64,000 bases of DNA, taken from positions 14,508,001 to 14,572,000 of the forward strand of contig OZ296655.1 of assembly GCA_965655095.1 (NCBI GenBank), read 5' to 3'. Numbering within the stretch: the stretch's first letter is position 1; each line of letters starts with the position of its first letter. This DNA is from Haplodiscus bocki (taxonomy: Eukaryota). Shown one piece after another: positions 1 to 13,612 of the stretch. The translations under genes and the position numbers were made by a program. Below the pieces are notes generated by a model. It ran no database searches and was not told the origin of the DNA. It saw nothing but the letters and a program-made list of their open reading frames with translations.

Positions 1-3000
1 TCTTGCGCTTCCTAAAACCCTTAAAGGTCACACCCGAAAGTCTACTGAATGAAAGAATTAGGGATGGCTGGATGACCTCGGTTTTTGCATACGCCTTGAA
101 GTTTTGTACAATGCGGCTTTTTCGAACTACTGTCGGAACTTTTGCAATAGAGTCCCCCTTTCTCCAGGCAGTGTTCTGAAGCAATAACATGTACAACAAA
201 CGCTAAAGAAATTTGTTCAGTTTTGCTAAAAACTGAAACAAAACTGTTTTTTTTTCAAACATCGTTTCGCAGAGTACAAATAACCTTGCGACTCAAATTT
301 TGAAATCTCTGGGCCAGCACATAACCAAAAAATACTTTTCGTCCCAGCCAACTAGGAATTCTGTTTCTGTGAGGCTTCTTTTGCGAGATGCCAAGTTTCT
401 GGAGTTATTGATCTTGTTCGGTGTTTAGTACTTGAGCAATTACTCTTTCTTTCGGGGCCATTTACCTTTGTAGATCGTTTTTCTGCAAGTGTTTACTTGA
501 GCTTCCAGCAAGCAGCACAAAATACTACAGTGGTTTTTCCGTGCACGACGCCCTGCATTTTAGCAGGGCTATCGGTAGCCAAATTTCTGACGATTTAGAT
601 GCGCAAAAAGAAGCTTTGTTTTCTCCGTTGTTATTTTTTCTTACCGATATATGAAATGTGAACACAACCTCGGTGCCTCATATTACGTGGAAGCGAAAGA
701 TCCGAAAAACACGCCACAACCAAATTTGAGGACTCATTGGAGTAGGTATAGAAGATTTTGGTGTACGCTTTTTTTCATTAGAGAGTCATTGATCTTCTAC
801 ACTGCCTTTAATAAAGATCAGGTCACAGTTGTTCCAACAAGTACACGGAGGAGCCATAGAAAGCTTCGTTGTGTCTTAGCGACTCTAGCTGGTGGCTTGC
901 GATGCTTCGTAACGGGTGTCACTGCCGATGGAGCATAAAGTTTGGTAAAGAGATAAAGACAAACAAAGGCTTCAATCCCTTTTCCTGTTGTTGAAAAATA
1001 AACCTTGAGTCAGTTTGTTTCATATGTTTTGAAGAGACTTCATCAAGTTTTTGTGGAAGTTACTTATACGGAGCGTTTGCATGATTAATTCAATGATTCA
1101 AGCAGATATCTGGTCAGCGACGAACGTTGTTTTGCACGCCATTTATGAAAAAAGTCTTCATTTTGGATAAAAGTTGTCCTTTCGATAGATAAATTTTGTC
1201 AAACACCACCTTCGTCAGGAAATTTTTTTTTTGCTCAGCAATTCTGTGTTAGCTATTTTCGAACTCCAGATTTTGGAGCATTACGTGAGGATGGGAAACC
1301 CACAAGGAAAGAGGCTTCTGGATTTCATCTTGAATTTGTATGTGTCAGGTGCAGTTAATATGACGTGTTTTCAAATCATCGGCAACACCTGTAAATTTTT
1401 TAAAAAATGGTTGGACTCCACTCCGGATAGTTTGAAAAGGTTTAGTACAAGAGGTATAGAAACAGAGGCTGTTGAGGCGCGATTCTTTTTGTAGAAACAA
1501 AACAAAACGTGCCGAAATTTTTTTTCAAGCAAGGTTTTCAAACAGGAATTCAAATTGGGGTTGCTGCAACAATACCCTTAAACAAGTTTTCGAAAGAAAC
1601 GTTGCTTCGAGCCAGATGGTTTGTTCATACAAGTTAGGTGTGTATTGCGCCCTATTTCTAGTATGCCATTGCTGAAAATACTCTGTAGGCAACAGTGTCT
1701 AGGTGAATGATTCAATGAAAATGATGCAAATAATGTTCTTAGCGTATCTCAGGCCGGAGTAAGTTCTTTGTCACCGCACATACCAAACCTGGATTCCTAA
1801 AGCTGTGTTGTTATTCGTAAAAAGTGTTGCGTTCTCCATCAAGTTAACAGTTCCGGAATCTGTAGATTTGTTCAACTTCCTTGTAAATCTATGCGGCTCC
1901 AACAGTTCACCAAAAACTGGGTGACTTTGATCCAAGCTTGACAACCCAGATTGTTGGTTGTGAAAATTCTCATTCTGGTTGAAAGAGCAATTTTGCGTAG
2001 TTGTTAAACGGCTCATTGATGTGTCCCACATAGGGTGTGTCGGTAAAAAGCAGCGGAGGCTTGCTGCTTTCCTTCTTCTTCATCAGAAGGAAAGTCAACT
2101 GCTACCATTGGTTTTGGACTTCTGAACGTCTCACGGTGGGAACAGTTCTGCTATTCGAACGTCGCACACATTTTTCCCTTTGGCCTTCGTTTTTTCCACA
2201 GTTGGTTCCCCTTTCGGCGATTGATTACTGTTTTTCGTTGGTCAGTGCTACACAGATGGAACCGTATTGACAATGGGAGCTGTAAAACGTTGCGATGACG
2301 ATCGCATGAGCGTTAATCGGCAACTAGAGGTTCATTTAGTAAATTTGTTGAAAAACCACCCTAGGGTAGCGTTGAATAAGTGTCGGGCTTTGTGAACGTT
2401 TTTTCCCAAAGCCTTTTTTCGTGCGAACAGGGTTGTCAAAGAGCAATGCTTGGTTGCAAATTGTCGACTGTGACGCCTACGTTTGCAGGTTACTGACCGG
2501 AAATTAATGTTCTCATGGAGTTTTAAATAGACACAGGCGTCGAAATATCGCTGGACTAGGAGTCCAAGCATAACATTTAGGTGGTTTTTAAATGATGTCA
2601 CTTAATTGTATCGACGGGATCCGACTAGAGTAAAGCTACTATCGAAAGAATAGGTCGTATTATAATGTGTTGGTGTACCCTTGTTTTCTCGGAAACCAGA
2701 GTTCCAGCATTTATTCATCTTTAGTCAGTATTATTTGAAGCTTTGCCTGTTTTCCATTACTTGACGCCAGATTTTAGCCATCCTTTGGAACGAACGTCGT
2801 TTTCGAAGTGTTACCAAAGTTCTATAATTACAATTTGCTCTGATACTTTATCGCTTTTTTTGGAGTGCTATTGTTACATTTCTAACTTCGTCGTTAAAAG
2901 GCTTTTCAATGATAGTTTATGCAAAAAAAAACAAATTACGCGGCTCTCTTGAGACTCTAACAGATACATTACTTGCAGTGACTGGTTTTCATGTTTTTGT

Positions 3001-4559
3001 GGTGTTGCAGTGAAGTAGCATTTCTGATGTTTCTGTGACGTCGTCTCAAGCCTTCGGACCAAATAGTGTTCTAATTCTTCCGTAAAAATTTTTTCAAATT
3101 ACTTTTTGAACAATATCTGCCTGGAAGACACTGTTTAGGGTTTTTTCAGATCTGAAACAAACGTTTAAAGCTTCTCGGTTGTCCAATTGAGAGTCAGTTC
3201 TTTTTGGAATCATTTCCTCACTCGTATAAGTTTTTAATATTGTATACCTCATGAAAGCATTTTATGTACCTTGTTTTTGATGAGGTGGTTGCCCAACAAC
3301 CGCGTGTTTAACAAAACGGCCCGTAAACTTGAGGAAATTGCGACTAACTTGTAGAATTGCGCATCAAATTTTTGAACGTTTTCTTTGTTTCTCACCAAAA
3401 AACTGTAAATAGTGATTGTTTGAGACCATAAAACTATCTCTCGATTATTCTTAAAAACGTATTTTTTGTTTTGTTCACTTTGTGAACTGGATAGTGTATC
3501 ACCGATATGTTTAATGTCACCAGATGTTTATTGCAAGTATAAAAGAGGGGCTCTTGTTTCTGGCTTCCTGGTTTAATTTGAGATGTGTTCATCTTTGCTT
3601 CTAAAGAAGACTATGGGGCAGTTTTAATTTTCGGAGATGTTCCATTCCTCATAGATTTAGTGAGTTTTTTACTTTTGGGTTGGCTATGTAGCTGTGTTAC
3701 AGTGGCAAATTTTTGATTGCGAGAGTCTTTTGTCTAATAGGCGAAGGACCTACACGAGGGAGGATTCTGGACCAATCACCAGTTTCCCAATTAGTCAGTG
3801 ACCCACATGTTGTATGTTTGTTCGGTTTGTCTGCTTTGATGATACCTTGTTCAAGTGTTCTCAGTTGTTTCGGCTGAATAATATTTTTTTGGTGGCCTTG
3901 TCTTTTTATGGGCAGCACAGGAGACGCCCAGGTCTTTGATCCATTCAGAGCACTCTTCATCGCATCTTCGAGTGAGTCATTCAAAAATGACCATCCAGAA
4001 AAGATAACAGCTCATCCTCTAGAAACGAATTTTAAACAAACAAAAGGAAAATAAATTATCAATCGGCATCATGCCGTCAACAAATATGTGTCAAGCAAAA
4101 AAAATCCGGCAATGAGTCCAAGAGTCTCTATCTCTGGAATAATACCTTTAGAACGGTTCAATCTGGTGGCGTTTGCTTAATTGCAATGATCAGGACCACA
4201 AATTCTAAACAAAGTGTTAAATGAATGTCCGACAGGAGTAAATTTCCTGAAAATGAAGTCAACTTTATCGAAACAGTACGAACAATAATTGGATGAAAGT
4301 AAAATCCTTCAGCTAGGAAGCCTACTGGAAAACCATTTGCTATCCAGAACAATGCCACACGTTGGGTGGCTGTATTTGACATTGCGTCGGCGCCGAAAAA
4401 GACGCAACAACCTCAGAACTAAAGTAAGTGTTTTCAATTTTTACTTTTTATTCCAAGTCATAAGTTTGGGGGTAAGCAGTAACATGTATATACAATTTTT
4501 TCAGATAAAATTGAACGTTGTTGTTTAGAGCCTCAAGGGATCTGAATTGAAGAATTGTT

Positions 4560-6900
4560 TTGAGATTTTGTGAAAGAGAGACTACTTTTAATCAGTGTAC
4601 CTCTCCCACATTGTTTTTGGGGAGCAAAACTGCAGTTGGAAGTGCATGGCTGAAACGTTTGTCATGTTTTGATGGAAGCACATGCTTGTTTTTACAGTTT
4701 CTTGTGAAAACAAACACAAGTCTTCTGGAAACTGTTCGATGAACTCCGGATTTTTCACAAGTAAAAAGAACCAAAAGAGGAAGGGAAGTAGTGACATTAG
4801 CATCAGCTACCGGTAGCTACCGGTGATATTCCACGAAATTTGTTCCACATAGTTTGTTCAGTTGAGTACCCTTGACGTTTCAACAACTTGTCAACGATTG
4901 CACAATGCTCATTGCAACTATTTTTGCATGGCACCTTTCGAGCAGACATTTAGTCTTTGTGAATGCAAGAAACCTCTGGTGATCTTTATTGAATCCGTGT
5001 AGTGGTCGTACTACTTCTGAGGATGTTATTTGAAAGTGAGTGTTTTTCTCGCATCTTCTATATTCCCTGCTGGCAATCAAAAATTTGCCACTGGTATCCC
5101 TGGAAAAGTTGTTTTTCAAAATGCATATACTTCAGAAGAAGCCGAATTTAAAGTATTAGTGTTTTTGAATTGTTACTTTTCCGGGGTGTGTATATTTCTT
5201 GACAATGAGTGAGGACAGTTTTTGGATGACAAACCCGGTAACTGCTGCCGGATGCACCTTGTTCAACTTCAACTGAATTTTTCGGCAGCGAAAAAATTGT
5301 TAAGTTTACTTGCAAAGACCGAATTTTGATGTATAATTTTTCCTTGACAAAGTTCCCATTTGAGCATTCCCGTGTAAAAAATGAGAGTAAAAAGGTGGCA
5401 TTGTATGTTTATTCAGATAGTTTTTCTATCCAGATAACATCTTGGTGCCTTTTTAATAACTGAGAGAGTGAATAGTTGAAAAACCGTGGCTGACGGTACA
5501 GGCGAAGGGTCCCTACGTAACAGCCAGACTATTCTGATACAGGTGATTGTTTTGGCGTTGAAGAAAACTGATAAGCCATTGCATTTCTTCAGATCTCAAA
5601 CTACAAAATCGAAACAACTTTTTCTTGAGAGGATATATGACAAAATGGCCAATACGGGCAAAAGCAGTAGTATTGCACGTTTTTTGGTCATCTCATCTGC
5701 CGACAGAATTGTGCGAAGTTGTTTTTGGATCGACATCTGACTGATAGTTCTGTTGCAGAGTTAACCTATCCAATCCATATTGTGTTTAAAAACTACCAAA
5801 ATAATTCGAAGACTGAGACTCATCAGGCAGTCGTTGTTATCAGCAGCATGACGAAAACGCATTTACAGTCAGTCCGTAAACTTTGTTTTCACATTACACC
5901 TGTTTTACTAGAATAAACACTGAACAACAAAAATTAGCTGATTTTGCATGCAACTTTCTTGCCTCCTACTTGTTCCGGCATTATGTACGACCATCGCATT
6001 TTGAGAAATGAAACAGCATGTGCTTGGTTACAGAAGAAGTCTGTTTGCTTCTGGACGGCCATCACACGCATGAACTTTAGAGACCTGGGAGAAGAACTGG
6101 ACGATCCACTGAGCGAATACCTGACCCGAAGCCATCATTCAGCATCGAGTTTCACCAGCAATGATTTTCCTCGCTTGCCAGCCATTTCGGTTGAATTGAA
6201 TCTATTGTCAGAATCTTTGACTAAGGTGACATAGTGTGTCATCAATAATGGTGGTTGGAAGAACTTTGGCTAGAAGAAACCAAGTTTGTGATAGGTCAAT
6301 CACTCACGGTGTTCATCATGTGAGAGTTTGTCGTCTTACAGCAGCTGCTGTAAAACTAAATGACTTGAAGTGTGTTCTCAATAACGCTCGGAAAACGCAT
6401 AATCAACCACCTCCAAAACAACATGTCAAGCCAAACCCTCATTACGATTGATTCAGTCAGAACTAACCGCCCAGAAAAAACACTTGCTGCTTTCTTGAAA
6501 CCAATATTTTCAAGACCAAGGTTAAACAGGTTATATATTGGCACGATGCCGTGAACAACTCTATGTCGAGCAAGAGGAATCTATCACGGAATCCGACAAC
6601 TCTCTCCTGCATTACAAGGACTTATTCGAGAAGGTTCAATGTGGTGGCTTTTGCCTACTTGCCATGATGAGGAGCAAAAAATTCAAACGAACTGTGGGAA
6701 AATTGTGTGACAGATTTAAGTTTCTTGAGAAAAACTTCGGTTCTGTTTTGCGGACAAAAGATTAGTTGATGAAAATGGTTATCTTCACCTAAATAGTCTG
6801 CCAAACAATCATGAGCTGTCTTCACTACAGTTAATTAGGGTTTGCAGGACTTGCCAATGCGTCGGTGCCAAAAGGTACGCAAAAACCTTCGAAACAAAGT
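4560..6900 (-). pseudogene. Older tandem paralogue of the 7050-8900 gene, present only in copy A
   Basis: Minus-strand 6230-5990 gives DSDNRFNSTEMAG...SLSGSSSSSPRSL...FFCNQAHAVSFLKMR, matching DSFNIFNSTEEAG...LKGLSASSS...FFFKQAHKITIFRKR at 8640-8410. DNA at 4630-4730 aligns with 7120-7220, and catcagc...agctacc occurs at 4801 and ~7275. Confidence 0.7.
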
Positions 6901-7049
6901 TTTCGTTTTGTTCAATTGTTTTTTTTTATTTCATCTTTTTGAAAAAAACCATTTGTACGTGTTTCCGTTAATTTTTTTGAAGGAATAGCAGAATCTTAGT
7001 GACTAGTCCGTTAACGGGTTTATTATCCGAACCGAGAAAATGTTTTGCG

Positions 7050-8900
7050 ATTTTATGCATCAAACGTTAAAATCAACAGGTGTCAAATTTTCAAAGGCCT
7101 TTTGGTGAGCAAATCTGATTTTGGAATTGTATGGCTGGACAGTTTGTCATTATTTATTGAGAGCAGATGCTTGATTTCACGACTTATCCTGAAAAAAGGA
7201 AAGTCTTCCGCAAACTATTTTAAGAGTGTGTTTTATTTAGGTCATATTGAACAGACGTGGATCGCAGAAATCGCCATCAGCAAAAGCTACCGTGACCTCC
7301 GTGAAAATTTTCCGATGACTGGGACGACCGTAGTTGTCTTGACACCACTTAAACTTTTGAAAAAAGATAACTGCTGTCGTGGTTCAATATTTTTGTTGAA
7401 TCGCGCCCTTTTTACTGGTTTTTTGATTTGAAAAGTTCAGTGGTGATCTTTGTTTGATTTCGTTGAACTCTGATCCTACTTTTTGACGATGTGATTTCAA
7501 ACTGCGTGCTTCTCTGGAAAGTTTTATTAACTCCTTTTTCATGGGGTTTCTAATACTGGTGTCTTCCGAAACTTTCTGTTCCTGGAAAGGCATTTAGTTC
7601 AGAAGACGTCGTGTGTAATGTGCTATCCGTTTTGCAATATAAAAGTTTTGAAACTGTGGATACTTTTTGATCTGGAGTGAGAAAAGGCAATTTCTAGGGA
7701 CAAACCGTGTAAATGGTTACATATTCATATGGTTTGGATATAAGTGTAGCTTACGCGGCCCTGAAGAACGGTTCGGCTGGCATTGAAGCAAATAAAAGTT
7801 TTCATGTTAATTTCTGACAAAGTTTTTAGCGAACTTTTCGTAGAAAACGAATTTTAAACAAAACAAACTTTATGACTTGTGTTTTCTATAGTATACCTTC
7901 TTTTCTGGAAACACCTTCTGACTTTCTAGTATGAAATGAAAAGACAAGGAAATGTTGTTGAAAAAACATGCAAAGAGACCCTGGTCAACAGCCAGAACAC
8001 TATGATAAGAATTGAAGGTTTTGCTTTTGGTTGAAGAGAAGTGATAAAACGGGGCAAACTACAAAATTGAAAATACCACAACCTGAAGTGACGTATGAAA
8101 AACGGCCTTGTTGGTCAATGGAATGGTAGAGATTGATGTTTTGTCCTCTCCTGAGCTTCTCCTCAGAAACCTGCAAAACAGTTTTTGGATCGTCCTTTGA
8201 CTTTTGGCTCTGCTGTAGAGATAACAGAGATGTTTTTTTGAACACTTGTTAGGGATATGACAAACATCTTCCGACAATTGAAATTCAACAGTCAATCGCT
8301 GTTGTCAACAAAGTGACCAACGAGAATTTAACGTCAGTTCCATATTCACTTTTCCGTGTACACAAGGGACAATAGCAATTGTCCTCCTTTTTTGGGAGTA
8401 TGGGCGATCGTCGTTTTCTGAATATTGTAATTTTGTGCGCTTGCTTAAAGAAGAAGTGTTTGTCGTCGTGGAATCTCGTTGCACATGTCATTTCCAGAGA
8501 CGTGGAGGAGGGAGGAGGAAGCGGACAATCCTTTGAGCAGAGACACGACCCAATGTCATCAGTTGGAATAGTTTTTCATTAGCAATGTTTTTTGGATGCC
8601 AGCTTCTTCTGTTGAATTGAAAATATTAAATGAATCTAAGACTGTGGTGACAGAGTATGTTAACAATATTGGTGAACGGTGAATGTTGTCTTAAGCAAAT
8701 CAAGTGGGGAGTACCTCTTTTGGACTGTTCATCAAAAGATAGTTCGTTGTCTTATTCCAGCTTCTGTTATCCCGAACAACTTGAAGTATGTTATCGATGA
8801 CGCTCGGTTTCCGCCCAACCGGCCACTTCTTTCAGAGCATGCCAGCCGATACGTTCAGCATGATTGATTCGTCAAGGATTTTTTAAATCTTTCAGGCGTA
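7050..8900 (-). pseudogene. Decayed gene of the tandem unit, unknown protein (copy-B homologue ~22450-24300)
   Basis: Both copies translate on the minus strand to shared peptides across frameshifts: FNSTE, KGLSASSS, FFxKQAH, LCYLYxR, EDKTxIxTIPLTNK, GCGxFNFVxCPVLSL, FACxFNNIxLS, LESQxxFPE, STQFxxxSSKSRIRxQR. Confidence 0.7.
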
Positions 8901-10012
8901 AGCCCATTTTGAAGTCGGACCACAATCAAGTAAAAAGAAATTACTCAGCTTCGGAGCTTTTATATTAAGTGTTATTCGTTAGCGCAGTCAATTTTGCAAA
9001 GTTTAAGCCATATTAGGTGAAATCTACATGCTGATTCATTAAAAACAAAAACTTTTTTCAACATTCGTTAGAGTGAAGTAAGTCTTTTGTGCTCTGTTTC
9101 CTGAAAACACCTTTTTTGGTTGTGCTAGTCACCGGGATTTGTTTCGGAAGGCTAGTTTGTTTTTCTTTTTTTGGATTTTGAAATTTTCCCCAAAAAGGCA
9201 CTACACTTCTCATTGCCACAATTGATCTGTTGCTGTATTTTTTTGTCAGTGGTCACTCATTTCTGATGCCATCAACATTCGTGCTAAATCGATTTGTTTC
9301 ACCTGTTCTGGAAAATTTTAGTGTAAATTTTTTTGTTGTACGAAAACTAGGGACGAACATTTGGTGCGTGATCTGTTTGGTGCTAACTTCAATTAAAAAA
9401 AGAACGGATAAGCAATTCATGTTATTTATTGACGCGTACAAAGTTTTAGGGTACGAATTGTTACTAACAGTAGCGATTGATGTTTCCAATGCCCAGACAA
9501 TTCGAATGATCAAGGAAGGTGGTATTTTCAAAAAAGTATAATTCGAGAACCTCTCCGAAGAATTCGCGATGACTACACTGAGATGAACTTCCTATTGCCA
9601 ACCACACAAAGAGGCACCTCAGGCGATATGGCACTATGCGCCGCCGTTGTCCGATGAAGAGATGTCAAGCCAAGAGGAACAACGGCAAATGCGAAAAAAT
9701 TTCGGAAATTTGAAGCTTTTTAAAACCAGCGGTTTGACAAGATGGTAGTTTCAAAGGTCAACTGAATAATTCTTTTTTATTTTTTGGCCTGCTAGTGTTG
9801 AATGGGCATCGGAAGTCAAACTTTTAGTTATTTGCTCTTTGTCCAGCAAGTCAGATAAAAATGTCAGTCTTGATTAATAATGATATTATAAAAAACATTT
9901 TTGGAGGTCAGAGGCGTTCAGCTCCATTCTCTTGTCTTGACGCTACAACTTGTACGTTTCAAGTTTTTGTTCAGGTTATTTGTTGAAGTTCACATGTTTT
10001 ACTGCAGCATTC
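8800..10012. repeat. 1.2-kb direct duplication, copy 1
   Basis: Runs from acgctcggtttccgcccaa to tgcagcattc. The core (9240-9830) is near-identical to 12840-13430, and ORFs 9253-9531 and 12852-13040 encode nearly the same peptide. Confidence 0.95.
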
Positions 10013-12402
10013 ACCGGGTTTTTCCACAGATTGGTACCCTTTCCTTCACTGGGTGGTCACGCATCTATTCTTTTCGGTATCCCGAGGCCGGGTAAAGACC
10101 CGTTTCCGATGTTTAAAATTAAACCTAAAAACATCATACCTCACAGTGCTCTGTGAAGGCGACTTCCGGTGCCAGTGGGGAGGATTTTTTTTCAAATCTT
10201 GCACGTGGACCTAGAACAGCACTGTAAGGAGTTTAATGTAGGAAAAGTTTTTTCCAATCGAAACGTGATGAGATAAGAGGGAACGATCGTGTATTTTACA
10301 CTATTCAAACATCCGTTTTATTCCTTGTCGACTGGACAAAACGGGCCCAGATTTTGTGTGTGAAGGAGCTAAAATATGAATAGGTTGCATTCTGGAAAAG
10401 TTTTGGGTTTTGATCCAACCACTTTGTTCCGGAGATAGGCGCTGATCAAATTTCTGAAGTTTGACAAAAACTGGTCATTGCGTCCTTCTTGATCAGAAAA
10501 AGTAACCTCTTTTCTTTTCCCACCCTTCTTGAAAGATCTCATAGGCGTATGGGGAACTAATTGTGATGAGAAAAAAAGGTGAAGCTCCAAAAAAAATGAC
10601 GGACAACACAATTTGTTGAAAAAAACTGTCTTTTGCACTCAAAACTCACAATTTCCTGCCCGAAAGCATTGTGGAACTCTTTCACGTTGTCCCAATGGTC
10701 CACAGTTAGAAAATCCGGTCTGACATCACATTTAAATCCCAATAATAGAAATCGGTCTTTTTGAGGTGATAGGTTTCAAGACAGTTTCCAAAAAATCCTA
10801 CTGTTTCCAAGCAGAAGAAAAAACTGATGCCAAAAATTGTGTTTCCCCAAAAAATATTCGACCTTGAAAAACTGTTAGGGCGGAAAATCGTGGTTCCAGG
10901 CAGGAAAGATTACGAAAACATTTTTGATTACGTTTTACCTGTGTAACTTACAGATATTTTTTTCGCATCAAGTGGAATGTATTGTTGAGCTAAAAAATGA
11001 AAAGTTTTAGTTGTGTTGGTTGTAGGGTTCTTTTCTTCTTTTTTTTTCAACCGCTTTTATCCCTTTTCTTTCTTCCTTTTCAACCTCGTCGTAAGAACTA
11101 ACTTCGCCTGAAATTTTGTAGGTTCTTCCATTGTGCGAAGTGTAGCTGTTCGGTCGAAACGCGTAGAAGTGCCATCTTTACATAAATACTTCGGGCAATC
11201 CTTTTATGGATTTTCTTTTGGCACTGAACAAGGATTATATCCATAGTACAGTTGCCCAGGAGGTTGTCCTGTTTAGTGTCAAAACACAAACGGTCGTGGT
11301 TAAAAGTTGATACTGAATCAAATTTGCGTAATCCTCTTTGCAAGCGCTCGAAGTCTTGCTCAAATCAGACAAGCATGGAATCTTTGCCGAAAAAATAGAA
11401 AATTGCCACTTTGAAGGTCTTTAATTTGTTTGTTAAACATCGTTTTCTAAACAAAAATTTTTACTTCAATTGTTGCAACTACAATGGTTAATCCTGTATT
11501 CTGACGGTATGGACCCTAATATAGGGTTTTATGATAAATTATTGCCTTTCGATTTTATTTAACGCATCTGCTTTTTAAACTCCTTTCGTGACTCAGTCAG
11601 ATAGATGTATGTGTCGATTAATATTGCACCAAAAACTGGCGCATCTGATTTCCAGAACGTGGTGTACACTTTTTGTTTATTTCTGTTGAGGGTTTCGTCA
11701 TCATTACCAAACGTCGTCGCCAAAGATGAACTTGTTTATGTGATCGACGTTGGAGAAGTTTTCACCTCAGAAGCAAATGCTGGAGACTTTTACGTTTCTG
11801 TGTTCTCAAGATCACTTGCAGCTCCTTAGGAACGGCTACGCTATTGAGATTTCAATGAGTTGCAGAACTTTGCTATTGTTTCTCTTGAAAACTGTTATAA
11901 AAAGCAAACCTGCCCCTCGGAAGAAAAGAAATTGTGCAAACTTGTGGGCGTTTGTCTGGAAGCAACGACTGCTCCTGTTTCCAATCACCAATGAAGTGTG
12001 TTTCTATTGTTAAAAACTATTTTGATCCTTTGGTGTTCTCCCTTGCATCAAGCAATACCTGGAGTCTTTTCTCGAATTCAGCAACTTTTCCTTGCACAGA
12101 AGCTAATTTGAGAAAAGTTTGCGTTGATTTCAGAAAACCGTTTTCAGGGAAATGATTGAACAGTAACTTCTTGGAAGACTATGGTTTCACAGAATTTCTT
12201 CCTTCAAAAACTTATCCTCTTACAGGTGACTGAAAGTGTTCGTTTTCTGCTATAGCAGTAACCAATTGTTCACAAGGTTGGTACTGTTCGAAATCACGCT
12301 ATTGAAATTGTTCAGTTTCAACCACCCTTCATTTTGCTCCGCGTGCTCTGGAGGTTTGGATGACCATTGACGATGATGTGGTACAGATTGCTTCGAAGCT
12401 GA

Positions 12403-13612
12403 ACGCTCGGTTTCCGCCCAATCGGCCACTTCCTTCAGAGCATGCCAGCCGAAATGTTCAGCATGATTGATTCGTCATGGACTTTTAAAATCCTTGATGC
12501 ATAAGTCCGATTGGAAGTCGGAACACAAGGAAGACGTAGGAATTTTTTCATTTTCGGAGCTGTTATATTAGGTGTCATTCCTTAGCGCAGTCAATTTTTT
12601 CAAGGTATAAGACTTAAGGGGTGAAATCTATATGGAGTTTCACTCAAAAACATTTTTCAAAAATGTGTCAGATTGAAGTAAAGTTTTCGTGGTTGGTTTT
12701 TTGAGAAAAGCTTGTTTCGGCTAAACTAGTTACCGGGGATAGATTCTGAATGATAGTTTGTTTCTCTTTTTTTTCGAATTGAATTTCCTTTAAAAATGAA
12801 CTACGCTTCTGATTGCACAATTGTTCTGTGGCTCTGTTTTTTTGTCAGTGGTCAGTCATTTCTGATGCCATCACCTTTCGTGCTAAATCGATTTGTTTCA
12901 CCTGTTCTGGAAAATTTTAGTGTAATTTTTTTTGTTGTACGAAAACTAGGGACGAACATTTGCTGCGTGATTTGTTTCGTGTTAATTTCAATTAATAAAG
13001 GAACTGATAAACAATTCATGTTTTTTATTGACGCGTACAAAGTTTAAGAGTACGAATTGTTACTAACAGTAGCGATTGATGTTTCCAATGCCCAGACATT
13101 TCGAATGATCAAGGAAGGTGGTATTTTCAAAAAAGTATATTTCGTGAACCTCTCCGAAGAACTCGCGATGACTACACTGAGATCAAATTCCTGTTGCCAA
13201 CCAGACAATGAGGCACCTTAGGCGATATGGCAGTATGTGCGGCCGTTGTCCGATGAAGAGATGTCAAGCCAAGAGTAACAACGACAAATGCGAAAAACTT
13301 TCGGACATTTGAAGCTCTTTAAAACCAGCGGTTTGACATGATGGTAGTTTCAAAGGTCAACTGAATAATTCTTTTTTATTTTTTGGCCTGCTAGTGTTCA
13401 GTGGTCATCGGAAGTCAAACATTTAGTTGATTGTTTTTTGTCCACAAAGTCAGGAATAAGTGTCAATGTTGCTTTTTTTAACATTACAAAAAAACCATTT
13501 TAGAAGTCAAAGATATTTATCTCCGTTCTCTTGTCTTGACGCTACAACTTGTACGTTTCAGGTTTCTGTTCATGGTTTTTTGTTGGAGTCCATATGTTTT
13601 CTTGCAGCATTC
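12403..13612. repeat. 1.2-kb direct duplication, copy 2 (inserted relative to copy B)
   Basis: Same sequence as 8800-10012. Its flanks (~12330 and ~13660) correspond to nearly adjacent positions ~27090 and ~27260 in copy B. Confidence 0.93.

Noticed and set aside
4023-7862. Exact 18-mer aaacgaattttaaacaaa at ~4023 and ~7845 as a gene-junction signal
   Set aside because: Very AT-rich, not conserved at the equivalent copy-B positions, and plausible by chance.
8800-13612. 1.2-kb direct repeats read as the LTRs of a retroelement
   Set aside because: No TG...CA ends, PBS or gag/pol between them. Both the repeat and the interior are homologous to ordinary parts of copy B.
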